Positions 26,128 to 41,258 of a stretch of DNA of 64,000 bases are shown here, piece after piece; the first letter of the stretch is position 1; each line of letters opens with the position of its first letter. The position numbers and the translations under genes were made by a program. Location: assembly GCF_028641065.1 (NCBI RefSeq), contig NC_073408.1, positions 14,384,001-14,448,000 of the forward strand, given 5' to 3'. The notes under the pieces were generated by a model. That model saw nothing but the letters and a program-made list of their open reading frames with translations. It had not been told where the DNA came from and did no database searches. This DNA is from Leucoraja erinacea. Its lineage: Eukaryota.

Positions 26128-26408
26128 TTTAGAGATACTGTGCGGAAACAGGCCCTTCAGCCCACCGAGTCCGCACTGATTAGTTATCCCTGCATACTAA
26201 CACTATACTACATACACTAGGGACAATTTACAATTTTACCAAAGCCAATTAACCTACAAACCTGTGGGAGGAAACCTGGACACCAGGAGAAAACCCACAC
26301 AGGTCACGGAGAGAATTTACATACTCTGTACAGCCAGCACCCATAGTCAGGATGCAACCCGAGTCTCTGGTGCTGTAAGGCAGCAACTCTACCACTGCAC
26401 TGCCCATA
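26128..26408 (-). mobile_element. V-SINE (HE1-like)
   Basis: tttagtttagagatac...ggaaacaggcccttcagcccacc...aggcagcaactctaccactg. Further minus-strand copies lie at about 28140-28398, 29935-30210, 37456-37612 and 42920-43215. Confidence 0.85.
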
Positions 26409-27062
26409 ATTCTCCTGATAGTATTTTCATATATACAACCACTGCAAAATTCACTTTCAAATAATTAATTCCGAGAACCAAAATGCAACTAATTTAATCA
26501 CAGTTCAGATCATAGGAAGTCTGCATTATCTTTCATTTTCACTATTGCTGACTGCTTTCAGAAATCAGTCTGCAACAGGTTCGATTCTGAGGTCCACATT
26601 TACAGTTACAGTTTGTCATTTCCTGCTATTTTCCCAAATTAGATAAAAACAGCACAAGGGTAAAAGTACAGAAGATGAAATGGGGGAGGGATTGGGCTGC
26701 AATGGGAACTTGATGGGAAATGTGAACTTGAATCCAAAGTTGCAGCCAGAATGTGTATTGAAAATGTGGAAGCAAAGAACTGCAGTTGCTGGTTAATACA
26801 CTAACGTGCTGCCAAGAAGGGTCTTGACCTGAAATGTCGCCTATCCATGTTCTCCAAAGATACAGCATGCCCACTGTGTTACTCCAGTACACATTGTGTC
26901 CTTTTGGGTATTAGCCAGCGTCTGCATTTCTTTATCTCTACAGCACTGTGTTCTTTTGTTCATTCAACCCTGATTTGTGGCTGTAATCCGTTACTAGACT
27001 AAAATATGCAACTTGTAGCAGGCCAGATAAGATTAGCCGGTCCACTTCTTCATGGTCACCAA

Positions 27063-27690
27063 CAGGCAGGAAGATACAAGATACAAGATACATTTAATTG
27101 TCATTTGGACCCCTTGAGGTCCAAACGAAATGCCGTTTCTGCAGCCATACATTACAAACAAATAGACCCAAGACACAACATAATTTACATAAACATCCAT
27201 CACATTGCTGTGATGGAAGGCCAAATAAACTTATCTCTCCACTGCACTCTCTCCCCCCCCCCCCCCATATGTCAGAGTCAAAGTGAAAGCCCCCGGCTGG
27301 CGAGGGCGAGTGTCCCGCGGCCATTAAAGCCACGCCGGGTGGTGCGAGGTCGCACACCGGGTCTTGGTGTTAGAGCCCCCGGCGTGCGCTCGCAGAGTCC
27401 CGCGGCCATTCCAAGCCGTGCGGGGCGGTGATGTCAGGCCCCGCTCCAGGAGCTCTTCGACCCCGCAACTCGGGCGGGAGAAGTCGCCGTTGCGAGAGCC
27501 CTGAAAAGCGGTCTCCCTCCAGGGACCCGCGGGCTCCCGGTGCCGCCGTCCGCAGACCCGCAGTAGCAGCCTCCGACTCTCCGGTCGGGCCGCAGCAGCA
27601 GCAGCGCTCCTCCACCGCTCCACCCTCTCCGGACTCGGCCAGCTCTGCGACGGTGAGTCGTCGGCACCAGAGTCCCCGGTCTCTTCCATA
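27063..27690 (-). mobile_element. GC-rich non-autonomous retroposon with short tandem-repeat 3' tail
   Basis: (aagatac)3 tail next to tttaattgtcat, then a CpG-rich body. Related architecture (catcc...cacatt...gtgatggaaggc) occurs at 32640-33240 and 35126-35330. Confidence 0.55.
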
Positions 27691-30600
27691 GACAGAAAAC
27701 AATGCAAAATATGGTGAAGTCGAACACATCAACACTTCTTGCTGTAAAGTGTTAAAAAATCGTACAAATAAAACACAATTTGACGTTGCCAGCATGACTT
27801 TAGTATCGTCTCATCCAGCTATGATTTAATATAAACATCATTCATTCCTATTGGAACCATTCCAAGATTTTAATTTGCAATTCAAGTTGGAGATCATTTC
27901 TGGGAAATCGGTTTGCAGGCCATTAAAGAAAATCAAGCTTTCAAAAACGTACATTTGAGTCTTAGAGTCAAATAGAGTCATACAGAGATATAGAACACAC
28001 CTACCACAGATGGCAGCACCTTGCACAGGAAGCATTTTGAGAATGCAGTGAAAGAGACTAACTCACTGGCTGAATAAGACAAGTAATCATTGCAACAGTT
28101 CCACCAGGCGAGCGGTTATGCCGAGAGAAAAGTTGGAGTTTAGTTTAGTTTAGAGGTACAGCGCGGAAACAAACCTTTTGCACCAACCAGCGCTCCCCAC
28201 ACATTATCAAGCCAATTAATCTACAAACCTGTACGTCTTTGGAATGAGGGAGGAAACCGAAGATCTCGGAGAAAACCCACACAGGTCATGGGGAGAACAT
28301 ACAAAATACCATACAGCCAAGCCCCCGTAGTCAGGATCGAACCCGGGTCTCTGCCGTTATAAAGCAGTAGCTCAACTGCTGCGCCACCGTGCCACCCTAG
28401 AGTTTATGGACATCGCCTATGCTGTTTTGCCACACCATAGCCCAAGGCTTTATCCAACTCCATCCTGGCCATGAACAGGTTGGTTAATAGTCAGTAAAGC
28501 TGTCAGAAGCTTTGTTTCTGAGTAGTGATGATATGTTGTCTCTGCCAAAACTGAGTATTGGCAATGTGGTCAGAAAGTGCTGAGATACTACAGTTTGTTT
28601 AGGAAAGTACTGAATGTAATCAGTGACATCTGATGAAGACTGGGGATGAAGTAGATGCAGTAATGTCAAGGTCTACAAATGAGACAACAGCAAGGAAAGA
28701 AGCTTCAGTTCTTAAGTTTGAAAGAGACATATTCATCTATAATAGCTCTCTGCAAAGATTCTACCAACTATTATAATGTTGTTGTGATAAATCGCAAGAA
28801 GAATGTAGACTTTTTTCTCAAAAGTACACGGATCTGCCAGTATCGCCAGAACACTATGCACTTAGAAGACTTCTGCAAAGATGTGTACAGTAGCTTGACA
28901 ACATTGCAGATGGGGAGTAACACTGCTGGCTAACGCTCGGCTCCTATAAATTATAGAGTCATACAGGACAGAAACAGGCTCTTCAGCCCAACTCATCCAT
29001 GCAACCAAATTATCCCATCTCAGCTCGTCCTATTTGACTGCATTTGATCCATATCTCGTCTAAAGCTTTCCTATCCATCTGTCTTTCAAATGTTGTTATA
29101 GCAAATGTCCTCCTCCTGAGCATTAAACCCATGCCTATCTTTCTGGCCTCGCCTGTCTTGGTTGCCTCTATGCAATTTTGCAGAGTGCAATCTTTCATTT
29201 ATGTGAACATGGCCGATGGCAAGGAATTACAAGAGTTCCAAGCTGGTGTCAGAAACATTAGTGAAAGCTAATTTCAGCGGAACCACAAGGTGTTGGACCA
29301 TCACAAAGTTGGAAGGAACAGTTTGTGTGAATAATGCCCAGCTATTCAAGATGATGAGATCTCTGATGCTAAAAATCACAATGAAGCCAACCCGTAACTC
29401 AATGAAGCTCTTTGAATGTACAACTTCCTCCACCATCTGACCTTACTGTTCAGTTTGTTTTCTAGTTACTCTAAATAGAAGTCATGCTCGCAAGCATAGC
29501 AGATCAATATCTATTTCTCAATCACACATTCTCCAGCAACAAATGCTCTTAACCAAACAAATGCTCTTTCAGGATATAACTTTTTGCTAAAAATTGCGCC
29601 TCAGGTCCCACTGATAAAGAGGTGTTATAAGGCAAGCAGCAACAGCTTACAGTTCAGAAATATTTTAGATCACATGCCTTGTGGGTCGTTTTCAAAGGAA
29701 ATGCTTCAGCTGATGTTTGACTGAGGAAAATGCAAGTTAATCACAAAATTAAGTGTTGTTCATCCTCACTGTTGATACATGAAGAGGACGTGCATGCTTA
29801 TTATATGGCTGGCAAATGAAAATGCTGAGAGGTAGGCAGCGTAAACTTGATACCAGCTTTTGTACGCTGAAGTTCTTCAAACAACATGCCCAAGGGAGCC
29901 AGGAAATGTAGAGATTCAAGCATGGAATTCAAGCAAGGCCCTTCAGCCCACATCGACCATTGATAACCTGTTCACACTAGTTCCATGTTATCTCTCTTTC
30001 TCGTTCACTCCCAAGCATCAGTCAATTTTACCAATGCCAATTAACCAACAAACCTGCACGTCCTTGGGATGGAGGAAGAAACTGGAGCATCTGGAGGGAA
30101 CACACATAGTCACAGGGAGACTATGCAAAACTCCACATAGACAGCAACCGTGGACGGAATCGAACCTGGGTCTCTGGCACTGTGAGGCAGCAACTCTACC
30201 GGCTGCACCATCCTCCACTCTTCTCCAATGCTCTGGAATTTTGCACTAACCCTCACCAACTGCTAAGCTCTTACCCCCCCCCCCCCCCCCCCCCCCCCTT
30301 ATACAGAGAAAGACAAACCAAGAAGAAAGTTCCTTATTTCAAGTATTAAGCTGTAATAACTGCAAGAGCCAGACTGATTGCAAAACAAAAATCATACGGT
30401 ACTGGAAAATAAGAGGTGTAGAAAGAATTCATGAGAAAACATTAACTGGAGATAAAATGTTCAAGAAGGAACTGCAGATGTTGGAGTTAAACAAAATTGC
30501 TGGAGAAACTCAGCGGGTGCGGCAACTGAGCGGGCGGTCTGAAGAAGGGGTTTGTCCCGAAACGTTGCCTCTTTCCTTCGCTCCATAGATGCTGTTGCAC

Positions 30601-33600
30601 CCGCTGAGTTCCTTCAGCAATTTTGTTTACCTATGTAGGGGGGAATGAGAAGAGCCAAATAGAATAACATATACTGTTCTGATAAGAGTGGAACATCATA
30701 AAGATCTCTGGGTGTACAAGTCATTGAAAGTGAAAGTAACAAAACAAACTGAGGATACTGAGCAGGATGTTTATCACCTGCTGAGTTCATCCAGCAGTTT
30801 GTTTTTTTTGCACAAGATTCCAGCAACTGCAATCTCTTGTGTCTCCACTGAATGTGTAGGGATTGGTTTATAACTGTAAATGCATTCACAATTCTGAGTT
30901 CCATGAAGAGAGTATAAAAGCAGAGATATTAATTCTGAACCTCGAGAAGACACTGACTTGGCCTCAACTGAATTAAAATCGTGTCACTTCATCATCAGAA
31001 GAATCCGAGGGCTTTACAGAGGGTCCGGAAAAATCTCACGAGAATGTTCCTGGGACGAGTTGACAATTATGAGGATAAATTGGAGACATCTACAGAGAAA
31101 GACGAGGGAAGACTTGATCAAAGTGCATAAAATGTCAAAGGATTCAGTCAGTGTGGATAGTCGGAGGCTGTCCCCTTTGCCCTGAAGAAGGATTAAAGGT
31201 CACAGTTTTAACATAAATAAGAGGAGAATTAAGAGTAACTAAGGAAAAACTTTTTTCCACAGTGAGAGGTTGGAATCTGAAACCCAGCAAGGTCATCCAC
31301 AAGGTAAACTCCTTTATATGATGTTTCCTAATAACAGGGCAATGCTTTCAGTAAACATATGGTCACGGTAAACTCTGGGCACAACAGATAAAGTCTCTTT
31401 TCAAATGTAATGGATGGGGAGGGAGAGAGGGATGGGGGAGTGAGGGAGTGGTGGAGGAAGGAGGGAGGGGGGTAGGGAGGAGGAGGGTGAGAGCAGGTTG
31501 CCCCTTTCCGATCAAAAGTTCTCAAGTTGTATGATAGTTTGTCCAACCGATGCGAGAAATATTAGATCAAAAGCATTCTACAAAGCTGCAACATATGGAA
31601 CAAGGTGAGGTTTGTCAGCGCAATGGAAAAAAGTCGTTGTCGCACAGATCAGTAAAGATCTTCGCAAGTGACGGAATGAGCTGAATGAGATACTATTGCT
31701 ACGAGCCATAAAGGTTAAAGACAGCATTCTGAGAATGAATACTAATGAAAGATAGATATAACGCAGGTATATAAACAGAAATATGCCAAGAATCACAAAA
31801 GTTACATTGGTACCTGAACAAAATGGAAAATGCTGGAGGAACTCAGTGAGTCAGGCAGCATCTGTGGAAGGGAATAGACAGCCAATTCTTTGGGTCGGGA
31901 CTCTTCTCCACTCTGATGGAGTAGGGACGAGAGAGCTGGTAAAGAGAGATGTGGGGGCGGCAGGGCTCAGTGAGCGATAGCCGTATACAGGCGAGGGAGG
32001 GGTGTGATATGCAAATATATGGAGGTAGTGACAAAGCCTATAGGTGAAAATAAAACCAAAAGGATGCCAGATCAGGAAAGAAGTGGGGGTGTGAAATCTA
32101 ATATCAGAGAAAAGGACAAGGATGGAATGGGACAGGGAGGAGTGGAAAGACAGGGGATAAATGGGAATTATGGGACTCGTGGATGGGAGATGGGCTTGTA
32201 GAGAAGGGAAAGGAGCAGAATGACTTGGATGCTGGAAGAAGGCAGAAGTGTGTGCACGCCAGTGTGCAGGTGTGGACTTGGGATATTATTTGAAATTGGA
32301 GAATTCAATGTTCATACCATTGGGTTGCAAGCTACCCAAGTGGAATATGTGCGCTGTTATTTCAGTTTGTTCGACTACTGCTTCGGTACAGCCCAGAGAG
32401 GATGTTGTCTAATGCTGGCAACAATCTGGTGTGAATTATTAATTCAAAGTTGGGTGTTACTTTCATCATAACGTAACTTAGATGTGACCTTTGCTTTTCA
32501 TGAGCCTTAACCATACAACATACAGTGAATGCAGGCGTGAAGCAGCAGCCTTCGAAATTATAGTTATTCAAGTAGAGCAAGTATGTAAATTTATGGCAAA
32601 ATGTTTCAAAATATTTTAAAGCCATTTACTGCATATGGTTCAATGATCCTTTATTGTCCTGTGTACCATTTAAGGTACAGTGAAATTTGATTTACCACGC
32701 AGTCATAGCAGAAAAAGTTAACATAAACACCCACCAGAGCGGCTCCCCCACATTCTTCAAGGTAATGGAAGGCAATAAAGTCTTATCTTCTTTCCTATGC
32801 TCCCGCGGAGGAGGCAGTCGAACCATCCACAGTCGGGGCGATCAAAGCTCCCGCAGCCGGTAATTGAACCTCCTGCTTTGGGGCGATGGAAGCTCCCGCG
32901 TCCGGGCAATCGGAGCTCCCAAGGCCGATCCCTGACAAAGGGACCGCCAGCTCCTTGATGTTAAGTTCTGCAGACTCCCTTGGTTGAAGCTTCCAAAGTC
33001 CATCCCCAGCAAGATGTTCGGTCGCAGCGCGGACGGAGATACGATACGGAAAAAAATTGCATCTCCGTCGAGATGCAATTTAAAAAAAATGAAAAAAAAA
33101 TAAATGTTTTTTAAAGTTTCCCCCAACCACCCTCCACATAATACAAAGCTAAGGATACACTAAAACATACATTTTACAACATACTAAAAACAACAAAGAA
33201 ATAAATGGTGGAGACACCCTGTGTGCGTGGCTGCCATTGTACGTCATATCCCCACCTTATGTAAATTCCACCTTTAACCTGATGCCCAGTATCATTCTGT
33301 CCAAACAGGCTCCACGTAGCAGAGTTGACGATGTCAGAACAACATTTCACCAGGTGAACTCAATAATACACACATATCTAATCTGTTTTGAACGGCAATT
33401 TATGGAATTATCTCTGGGCTTGTAGTGTCTATAGAACAATTTCATTGTCTGTTGACCTGAATTTTTGGTTCTCTAGAATGCGCTCATTCCCCTTCCCCAA
33501 ACAAGCGTACTGCTATTCACGCAAACAAAAGATAACGTACCTCACATTAAATGAGCAATGTATAAAATACAAGCAAAATGCAACTCAACCTCAATGTGCA

Positions 33601-36600
33601 TCAATCTCCGGAGGCAGGAGAAACTTAACAGATATTTCACTCAGTTGTCGACAAGAAACATCTTCCCCCAGATCACATTTCCCAACACAAGAAGTCATAT
33701 TGAATGCTTGCTTTTATAGGTTGGGGCATTGAGTAATAGAGACATGAAGTCATGATGCTGCTTTATAGGATTTGTTAGACCATATTTGGGGTATTTTGTG
33801 CCGTTCTGGTTGCTCCATTACAAGTAGGATGGGGAGGCTTGGTGGTTTACCAGTATGATGCCTGAATTAGGAAGCACTAGCTACAGGGAGAGGTTGGATA
33901 GACTTGGGTTGTTTTCTCTGGAATGCCAGAAGTTGCAGGGACACTTGATAAAAGTATATAACATTATGAAAGGCTGGGATAGAGAAGGCAGTCAGAACCT
34001 TTTTCGCAGGATGGGAAAAAAAAAGAATATTAGAGAGCATAATTTTAAGGAGTGAAGGGCAACATTTAGGGTGTTTTCTTTTTAAAACAGAAGGTGGTGT
34101 GTGCCTGGAATGTGTAGCCAGGAATCGTGGTTGAGGCAGAAATGATAGGGACATTTAACAGTCTTTTGGACGAGCATATGGATGCAAACAGTGGAACTAG
34201 CAGGATGACTGGGGTGGGGAAGGTGGAGGGCAGGAGGGAAGGAATGCAAGGGTTACTTGAAATTAGAGATACTGAATCTATAATGGTGTAAACTAACATC
34301 TGCAGTTCCTTCTTACACAATCTGCCATTCCAGTCTTGCATTTCCAAAAGCCCAGTATTCAATTAGTCATAATGTTTCTCTCACTCCTACTCTTGCATTA
34401 TCTAGGTAATATCTCTTCCCACCTTTATCTCCACCAGACATACTTTTACCACCCACTCCCCACCAACACTGGGCTCATTCAATGTCTGTTGCTCTCTTCC
34501 CCCACAAACATTAGCTTGATCTCTGAACCATGACTCAAACCATGCGCAATGGAAGACGCGTGTGGTTGTTGGAAGTCAACCATCCTCAACTGAAGATTCA
34601 CACAGCGCAATTTCTCAGACTCAACCATCTTCAACTGCTCCTTCAAATTGATCAGCCGCCCACCGACGACGGGGCTTAAAGCAGCCAGATTAAAACTGCG
34701 CTTCAGTTTGCTACTCGATTATAATTAGCAGGAATATGACATTCACACCAGACCTCACGATACAATTCACGATACAACTCCTGATACACCCTCGTTCCAG
34801 GCTAAGCCAGAAAACCCAGTGCCTCTCAGGATCTTCTATGTAACTGTTAGCACATCGCTCAATCAATCTAGTCACTAGTTTTGACCTCTAAATTGCCCTG
34901 TGCTAATGAAGATTTCCATCATTCCGAGCATTTATGTCTCACAAGGACATCTCACTCGCCCTCTAGAATGAACCCTCATGGAATTTAATATTTTCTTCAC
35001 ACGAGGAAGGTAACCTTGAAAATGTTACTTACATTAAACAACTGTTACATTTCACACAGATAGTGCGTCATCATTTGCTGATAGTGTGGTTTTTGTTTTT
35101 GTGGAAAACATGACATTACATAATCATGATAATACTTTATTAACAGTATATTTTGCAACATATAGGGAATTTAATTTGCCGTACAGTCATACCAATAAAA
35201 AGCAATGGAACACACAAAATACATTGTAACATGAACATCCACCAGTGACTCCTCCACATTCCTTACTGTGATGGAAGGCAAAAAAATAAGTTCAATCTCT
35301 TCCCTTCTTTGTCCTTGGGGGGCCTCCCATTAGTGTAGGGAGATTTAAAGTGAAATTACTTTGTCATTATTCTTGGTTAAGATGAAGAAGAGACGTTTAC
35401 CTTTGCATTCCACACTTAAAGAGTTTATCTCATTGAATAAAGCAAATGTTAATAGCTCAATAGTATTATGAACACAATTTCCTATCATAAAATGATAAAT
35501 ATTGTATGAAGAGTATCAATAGTGTATATTTGTTATATGTACCAACAACAGCAATGAAACTCATACTTGCTGCAGCTAGCATGCCTGTAAACATAATAAC
35601 ACGCAGATAAGTATAAAATAGTAATACAATAAATTAATAACCATAATACTGTGTGAGGAACCATAAGATGCAAAACTGAAGTTCATACTGCAACCAAAGA
35701 TACAGCCTACAGAAGATTATAGTTGTAAATGTTAGGGTTATGTAGTGTTCAAGAGCCTCATGGTTTCTGGGGAGAAGCTGTTTGTTAACTGAGTGATCAG
35801 TATTTTACGGTTCCTGTTCTTTCTTCCCGATGGTCAGAGCAAGATGAGAGTCATCTACTTCAACCTCCTGGTTATGTATATCTCTGTTGGTCTGCTCTGG
35901 ATCAGACACATCGATGCAATCTCAAATAAAAGAAAGCTCATCAACACCTCTATTTCCTTAGAAGATTGAGGAGCTTTGCATTGAGGGATACTCTATTGAA
36001 CTTCTGAAGTGTACGGATTGGCTGCAACTCAAATGTCCAGGAACGAAGGAGACTATAGAGAGTGGTAGACAGTGCCTGGTCCATCGCAGGTTTCGGATTT
36101 CCACCTGTGTAGTGTGTGCCCCAAAGCCCACTGCCTTACACACTCACTCCACGCTCCTTTTCCAAGGTGCAGAGTAAATGAAAGTAAAATCATAGTCACA
36201 CAGCACGAAAACAGGAACAGGCCCTTGGGTACAAATGTCCATGCCAAACAAGATGCCCATCTGCACTAGTCGAACCTGCCCGCATTTGGCTTACAGTCTT
36301 CTAAATATTGCTATCCATGTCCCTGCCCAAATTTATATGAATTGTTGTCATAATACCCATTTCAACTACCTCCTCCGGAAGTTCATTCCATATACCCACC
36401 ACCTAGTGTGTGCAAAAGCTACCCTTCAGGTTCCTATTAAATCTTTCCCTTCTTGCCTTAAACTTATTCCCTCTGGTTCTTGGTTGCGCTGCATTGGGTT
36501 AAAAAAAACTGTGCATTCATCCTGTCTTCCACTCATGATTTTATACATCTTGATCTGAACATGCCTTATCCTCCTATATTCTAAAGAATAAAGTCCTAGC

Positions 36601-38839
36601 TCGCCCAACCTCTCCCAAGAGCTCAAATCCTCAAGTCCTGGCAAAGTTGAGCAGGAACGGACCAACTAACCCTGTAGACCTGCCCACGCAATGCTGATTT
36701 GATCGTCATACCTGGTTACAACTCTGCGCCCTTAGTTACCATCACCTAATAAGCCAATGAGATTAAAATGAACAGGCAATGTTTAACCAACAAGGGGACA
36801 CTCTGGTCAACATTTTTTATCTCTTTGAAAAACCCACAAATCTGAAGATGCTGGGAATCTGAAATAAATTGAGATATTCAGCAGGTCAGGAGGGAGAGAA
36901 ATGATTATAGCTTGTTTTCCAGGTCACACAAATTCTATCTACTCTCTCCACAGGTGTTGTCTAACCTGCCAACTGTCTCCCGAAAAGTGTGTTTCTTTCA
37001 GTTTTTAATTAAATAGAATAAAGAATGCAACCCGTGTGTATTTTAATATACCGAACCTACATTGCAACTACCTCAGTGGTTGAGGTAGTATATTGCAACT
37101 ACCTATTGCATTTAAGCAATGTTATAAATGAAAGTGGAGGTCTTGGTGTGTCCACCAGCAAAATATTGACACCCCAGTTAGAACAGTGAGGAAAGAGATT
37201 TTATGAGTACATGGGAACTGCTGAGATCAAGAGAGAAAAAAAATGTTAGTAAAAAATGGAGAACCGGCTAGAAATCTTGACACGAGCCTTTCTCAATTAT
37301 TAATATTATGTCTGAGGTTCATTGGTTCTGGTTAGCAGTGAGAAAGAAAACGTATGCATAATTAGCTCTCAAAATCAATTATGGGGTATCAGTTACACAA
37401 TGAGTACAAGTTACGTGTCTTGGTTACAGTATGATAATTTTCCGAAGTGCAAACTTAGTTTAGTTTGGAGATGCAACAAGGAAACAGACCCTTCAGCCTG
37501 AGTCCACACTGACCATCGATCGCCCATTCATGCTCGTTCTATGTTACCCCACATTCCTCATCCACTCCCTATATACTAGGGACAATTACAGAGGCAATTG
37601 ACCTACAAACTCTACCACCAATAAATCCTACTCTTGTTAACAATGTCAAGATCCTAAACAATAAGTAAAAGCATTCTCCTCAGAATTTCTATGCACAATT
37701 TTGGTGGTGTGGTGTTAATGCTTCACTTTCATTTAGAATTTATTGAACTTAAGTTATATCCGTTTTAAACTTCCTTTGGGAAACAAAAGTATTCATCCTG
37801 AAAGTTGAAGAGATAGTTTTACTGCCTTCTATATTAATAGGTTGGAAATTCCCATCATGAACTCCCTAAGATAATTGCTAATGACATGGTTATATCAGGT
37901 AGCAATAAAGCACAAACTGTAACACTGCTTCTTAATCTAAAGGGCAACCACAGAATTTAATACCGCATCAAATGCATAGCCTAGACAAGTATCATATTAG
38001 CAAAGGAGAGAAAGAGTAGGTGGTTCTGTGGCAATTTTCCATGGATGTTCCCCATCCACAAACAGGTGGTTTTTTTTTAAACTCAATGAAGATTGCTTCT
38101 TTGAACAAACATTTCAAAAGATTGATGCAACACAGTGAATAAGTTGTAGACAGTGCTGGCAAAATAAATAAATCGCACAGAAAACATACAGCCCTACACA
38201 GTGGTTTTCCTTCATGTGGTTTCAGAGTCAATAGTTTTCAAAGTTATCTGTTCAAGATGTCTACAAATGTACACGAGGTCCAAAGACACTGACACGAATT
38301 TAGAGGAACTCAAGAGAGGATCGCAAAACCTCATTAGATATAAATAAAACTTAAACCCTGCAATGTTTATTTGAAATCATTCCAGCTACGATAAATCCAA
38401 TTATATCAGAGATGCTAATGAGACAAAAAAATATTTCACTTGGAACAAAGTTACTGACCAGCTCACAATTGGTTTATGCACAAGTTCTTGAGAAAGTCCG
38501 ACAGTTTCAAAAATTCTCTCTAAGTTTTAGTGTTTGGACACAGCTTCAGAATCATGACCCATTACTCTTCTGCGTCTTCAAGATTTAAAAAAAATTGTAC
38601 GAGCAAGAAAGTAAACAGTAAAAATTAGTTCCCCGCTTGAATAGGTATCTATTCCAATGCCATGACTTGTTAAAGTTTTGCACCTTTTTAAAGCAGAGTA
38701 TTATGTAAAAGAAACAAGGAAACAGCCTGAAGTTTCTAAATATAAGCATGGACAAAAATGGACTTATTTTACTTTAAATACTGCTGTAGAGGGCATCAGG
38801 CTGCAGCCATGGCCAATGCCTCATCTATCTATCTATACA

Positions 38840-39689
38840 TCTATATATAACTAAAACTCTGATCTTGTGCTCTTCCGGTTAGCGTGGTTTTTCTATTTGC
38901 GCACAAAATGGTACACAATTTTTCGCCAGCTTACGCACCGTTCTCCTGTGCTGCGAGTGCAACACATTTCATTCTAATCGACGGTATACTGTAAAAGTTT
39001 TCGAGGTTTAAAAATCGTAAAAACCGTTGTCAATGGCCGCCTCACAGATTGGTCTCCTCTCCTGTCAGTCAGGAAGGGGCGTTGCCAGGACCATCCTGGC
39101 ACCATCGCCACACTGATTGGCTGCTTCCGCTGTCAATCGACTGCAGGTCGCCATGGTTGAACGAGTGACACCTCTGCCCAAGGAGCTTTGGCCGTGCGGT
39201 ACCTGGTGGGGAGGGACACGCCCGGGGGCTGGGCCTGGACTGGAGCCAAGGACGAGCCTGGGTCCGGGTTCAGGGACGAGCCCAGACATGAAGTCGGGGG
39301 CTGGACTGGAGCCCAGGCTGTGGCTGAGCTGAGGGTTGGAGTCGTGCCCAAGCCCGGGGCCAAGGGATGGGGGAGGGGGGAGGAGAGGGATGGCGGAGGG
39401 AGCGGAGAGAGAGGGATGAGGGAGGGAGGGGGGAGAGAGTGAGGGAGGGAGGGGGAATGAGAGGGGAATGAGAGGGAGGGGTGTTGGAGTGCAGGGAGGT
39501 ATGTAGGGGGTTAGAAGAGGTCCGGGGTGATGGGCACGGTGGGATAGATTGGGGGGGGGGGAATTAGAGGGAGAGGGGGACGGGAGGGGGGACTATGGGA
39601 GGTGGATAGGTGTGAATGGTGGAATATTGCGTTGGGGAACGGGTTTCGTTGGGGGACCAGGCCTCCCGTGTGACAAGGACTTAGTCTAG
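38840..39689 (+). mobile_element. Non-autonomous Helitron
   Basis: Termini A|TCtatatataactaaaac ... cttagtCTAG|T, with no TSD or TIR. GC-rich repetitive interior; the 3' hairpin is degenerate. Confidence 0.75.
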
Positions 39690-40463
39690 TCAGTAAATAA
39701 ACACAGAGCACAATAAATAACTAAAGCTATCAGTAGAAAAAAAGGCATGCAACCGATGCCAAGCTATAAACACGAGATTCAAGTCAAGGCAAGTTGAATC
39801 AAGTCAAGTTTATTATCATGAGCGCAGGTACAGTAATGTACAGATACAGTGAAAATCTTGCTTGAAATTCACAGGCATATACTCAGACTACACTCTAAAA
39901 CATAAATCACACATAGTTTATAAGATAGCAAAGAGAAATAGGCAGCAAAAACAAGACATTTGTACAAAAAGACACATCGAGCAAACGAGTCCATGTTAAT
40001 GCAAGAGATGGTCCATTGTGTTCCGCTGAGGTAGGGTATGGGCTGTACAGGTCGGTTCAAGAACCTGATAACTGTAGCACAGTAGCTATTGCTGAAACTG
40101 GTTGGCCTTGAGGCATCTGTACCTTCAGCCCAGTGGAGAGAGCTGATGATGAAGGGTGTGAGAAGCAAGGCCGGTAGGGATGTGAACTTGGCTTCCACAC
40201 CCTCAAGGTTGGCTGCGGGAGGCACCCCTGGGGCACAAAGGTGGATGGGCGAAGAGAAGGACGTCAGTTCGCTGGGCGATCAGACAAAGGAGATGGCTGG
40301 AGGCTCGCAGCAGCTTGGGACTTACTTGGATTGGGCTCCACTCCACAAGACGAAGTGCACAGACCTGGAATGGCACCAAAACCTGGCACCACTTGCATGC
40401 GGTCTCAGTGAACTATTTCTGTACACTTTGCTAATTGGGGATTGTGCTTGGGTGTGGCAATAG

Positions 40464-41135
40464 TTTACTGAAGTGCATGCACAAAAAAAAAAAGGAATTT
40501 CACTGCGTGGCTAGAAGGCTTCCCGACGAGGGGGCCGGAGATGTGGACTGCGAATGCAGAGGAGGCCTTTATTGAGGCACCGCGATCTCCCAGATCGCCG
40601 CGGGTAAAAGCCCGGATCGGGCGAAGTGGCCGATGGAGCGAGCGGCTGGGGCCCGGGTCGGCACCACGGAGGCATGAAGTGGGTCGTCGGCAGCGGTGAG
40701 GCCTCACGACGATGGGGCCTCGAGGCGGCGGCGGCGACTCCTCGTGGGTCAACCCACGGTCGACTGCCGATGAGAGCATGGAGGAGCTGTGAGGGGGCGG
40801 GAGAAGAACAATGGAGACTCGGCAAGGGGGGGGGGGGGACCATCGTGAGGGAGAACAAAGGACAAAGGGGGAGAACAAAGGACAATGAGGGAGAGGAACA
40901 ATGGGGGGAGGGGGGGGGGGGCAAAGGGGGGGGGGGGGGGGGGGGGGGGCAATGAGGGCCTGGCGTGGGGGAACCACTGTAGGGGGGGGGGGGGGGGGGG
41001 GTGGAACAAAAGGGGGAGCCAGCGGGCTTTGTAACTGTCAGCGCCATAGGTATCTGCTATTTGTAAACTTTGTGTGTGCAAGCAAACAAGCTCACTGTGC
41101 CTGGTCACTTGTGACAATAATGTATTCCTTCCTAA
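40464..41135 (+). mobile_element. GC-rich repeat with long poly-G runs and LINE-like 3' tail
   Basis: Tail ...aagctcactgtgcctggtcacttgtgacaataatgtattcctt resembles the Rex-type tail at about 1555-1605. G runs at about 40820-41000. Confidence 0.5.
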
Positions 41136-41258
41136 TGTAGCAAGGCATGGCCACCTTGACCTTAAAGCATCTTACTCCTGAAATCCTTGATACCTTTGTT
41201 AACATATGATGATGTAATTCATTTCTGGAAAGGCTCCCAACTCATCTATACTACTGTT

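Noticed and set aside
27324-27795. Several overlapping GC-rich ORFs / CpG island
   Set aside because: They lie in a repeat with a tandem tail and relatives elsewhere in the window. The ORFs reflect GC content.
29216-29440. ORF ARNYKSSKLVSETL...CWTITKL
   Set aside because: Looks like a decayed LINE ORF2 linker region. No splice or domain support for a host exon.
40465-41140. Proline-rich and glycine-rich ORFs
   Set aside because: Caused by poly-G homopolymers in a repeat.
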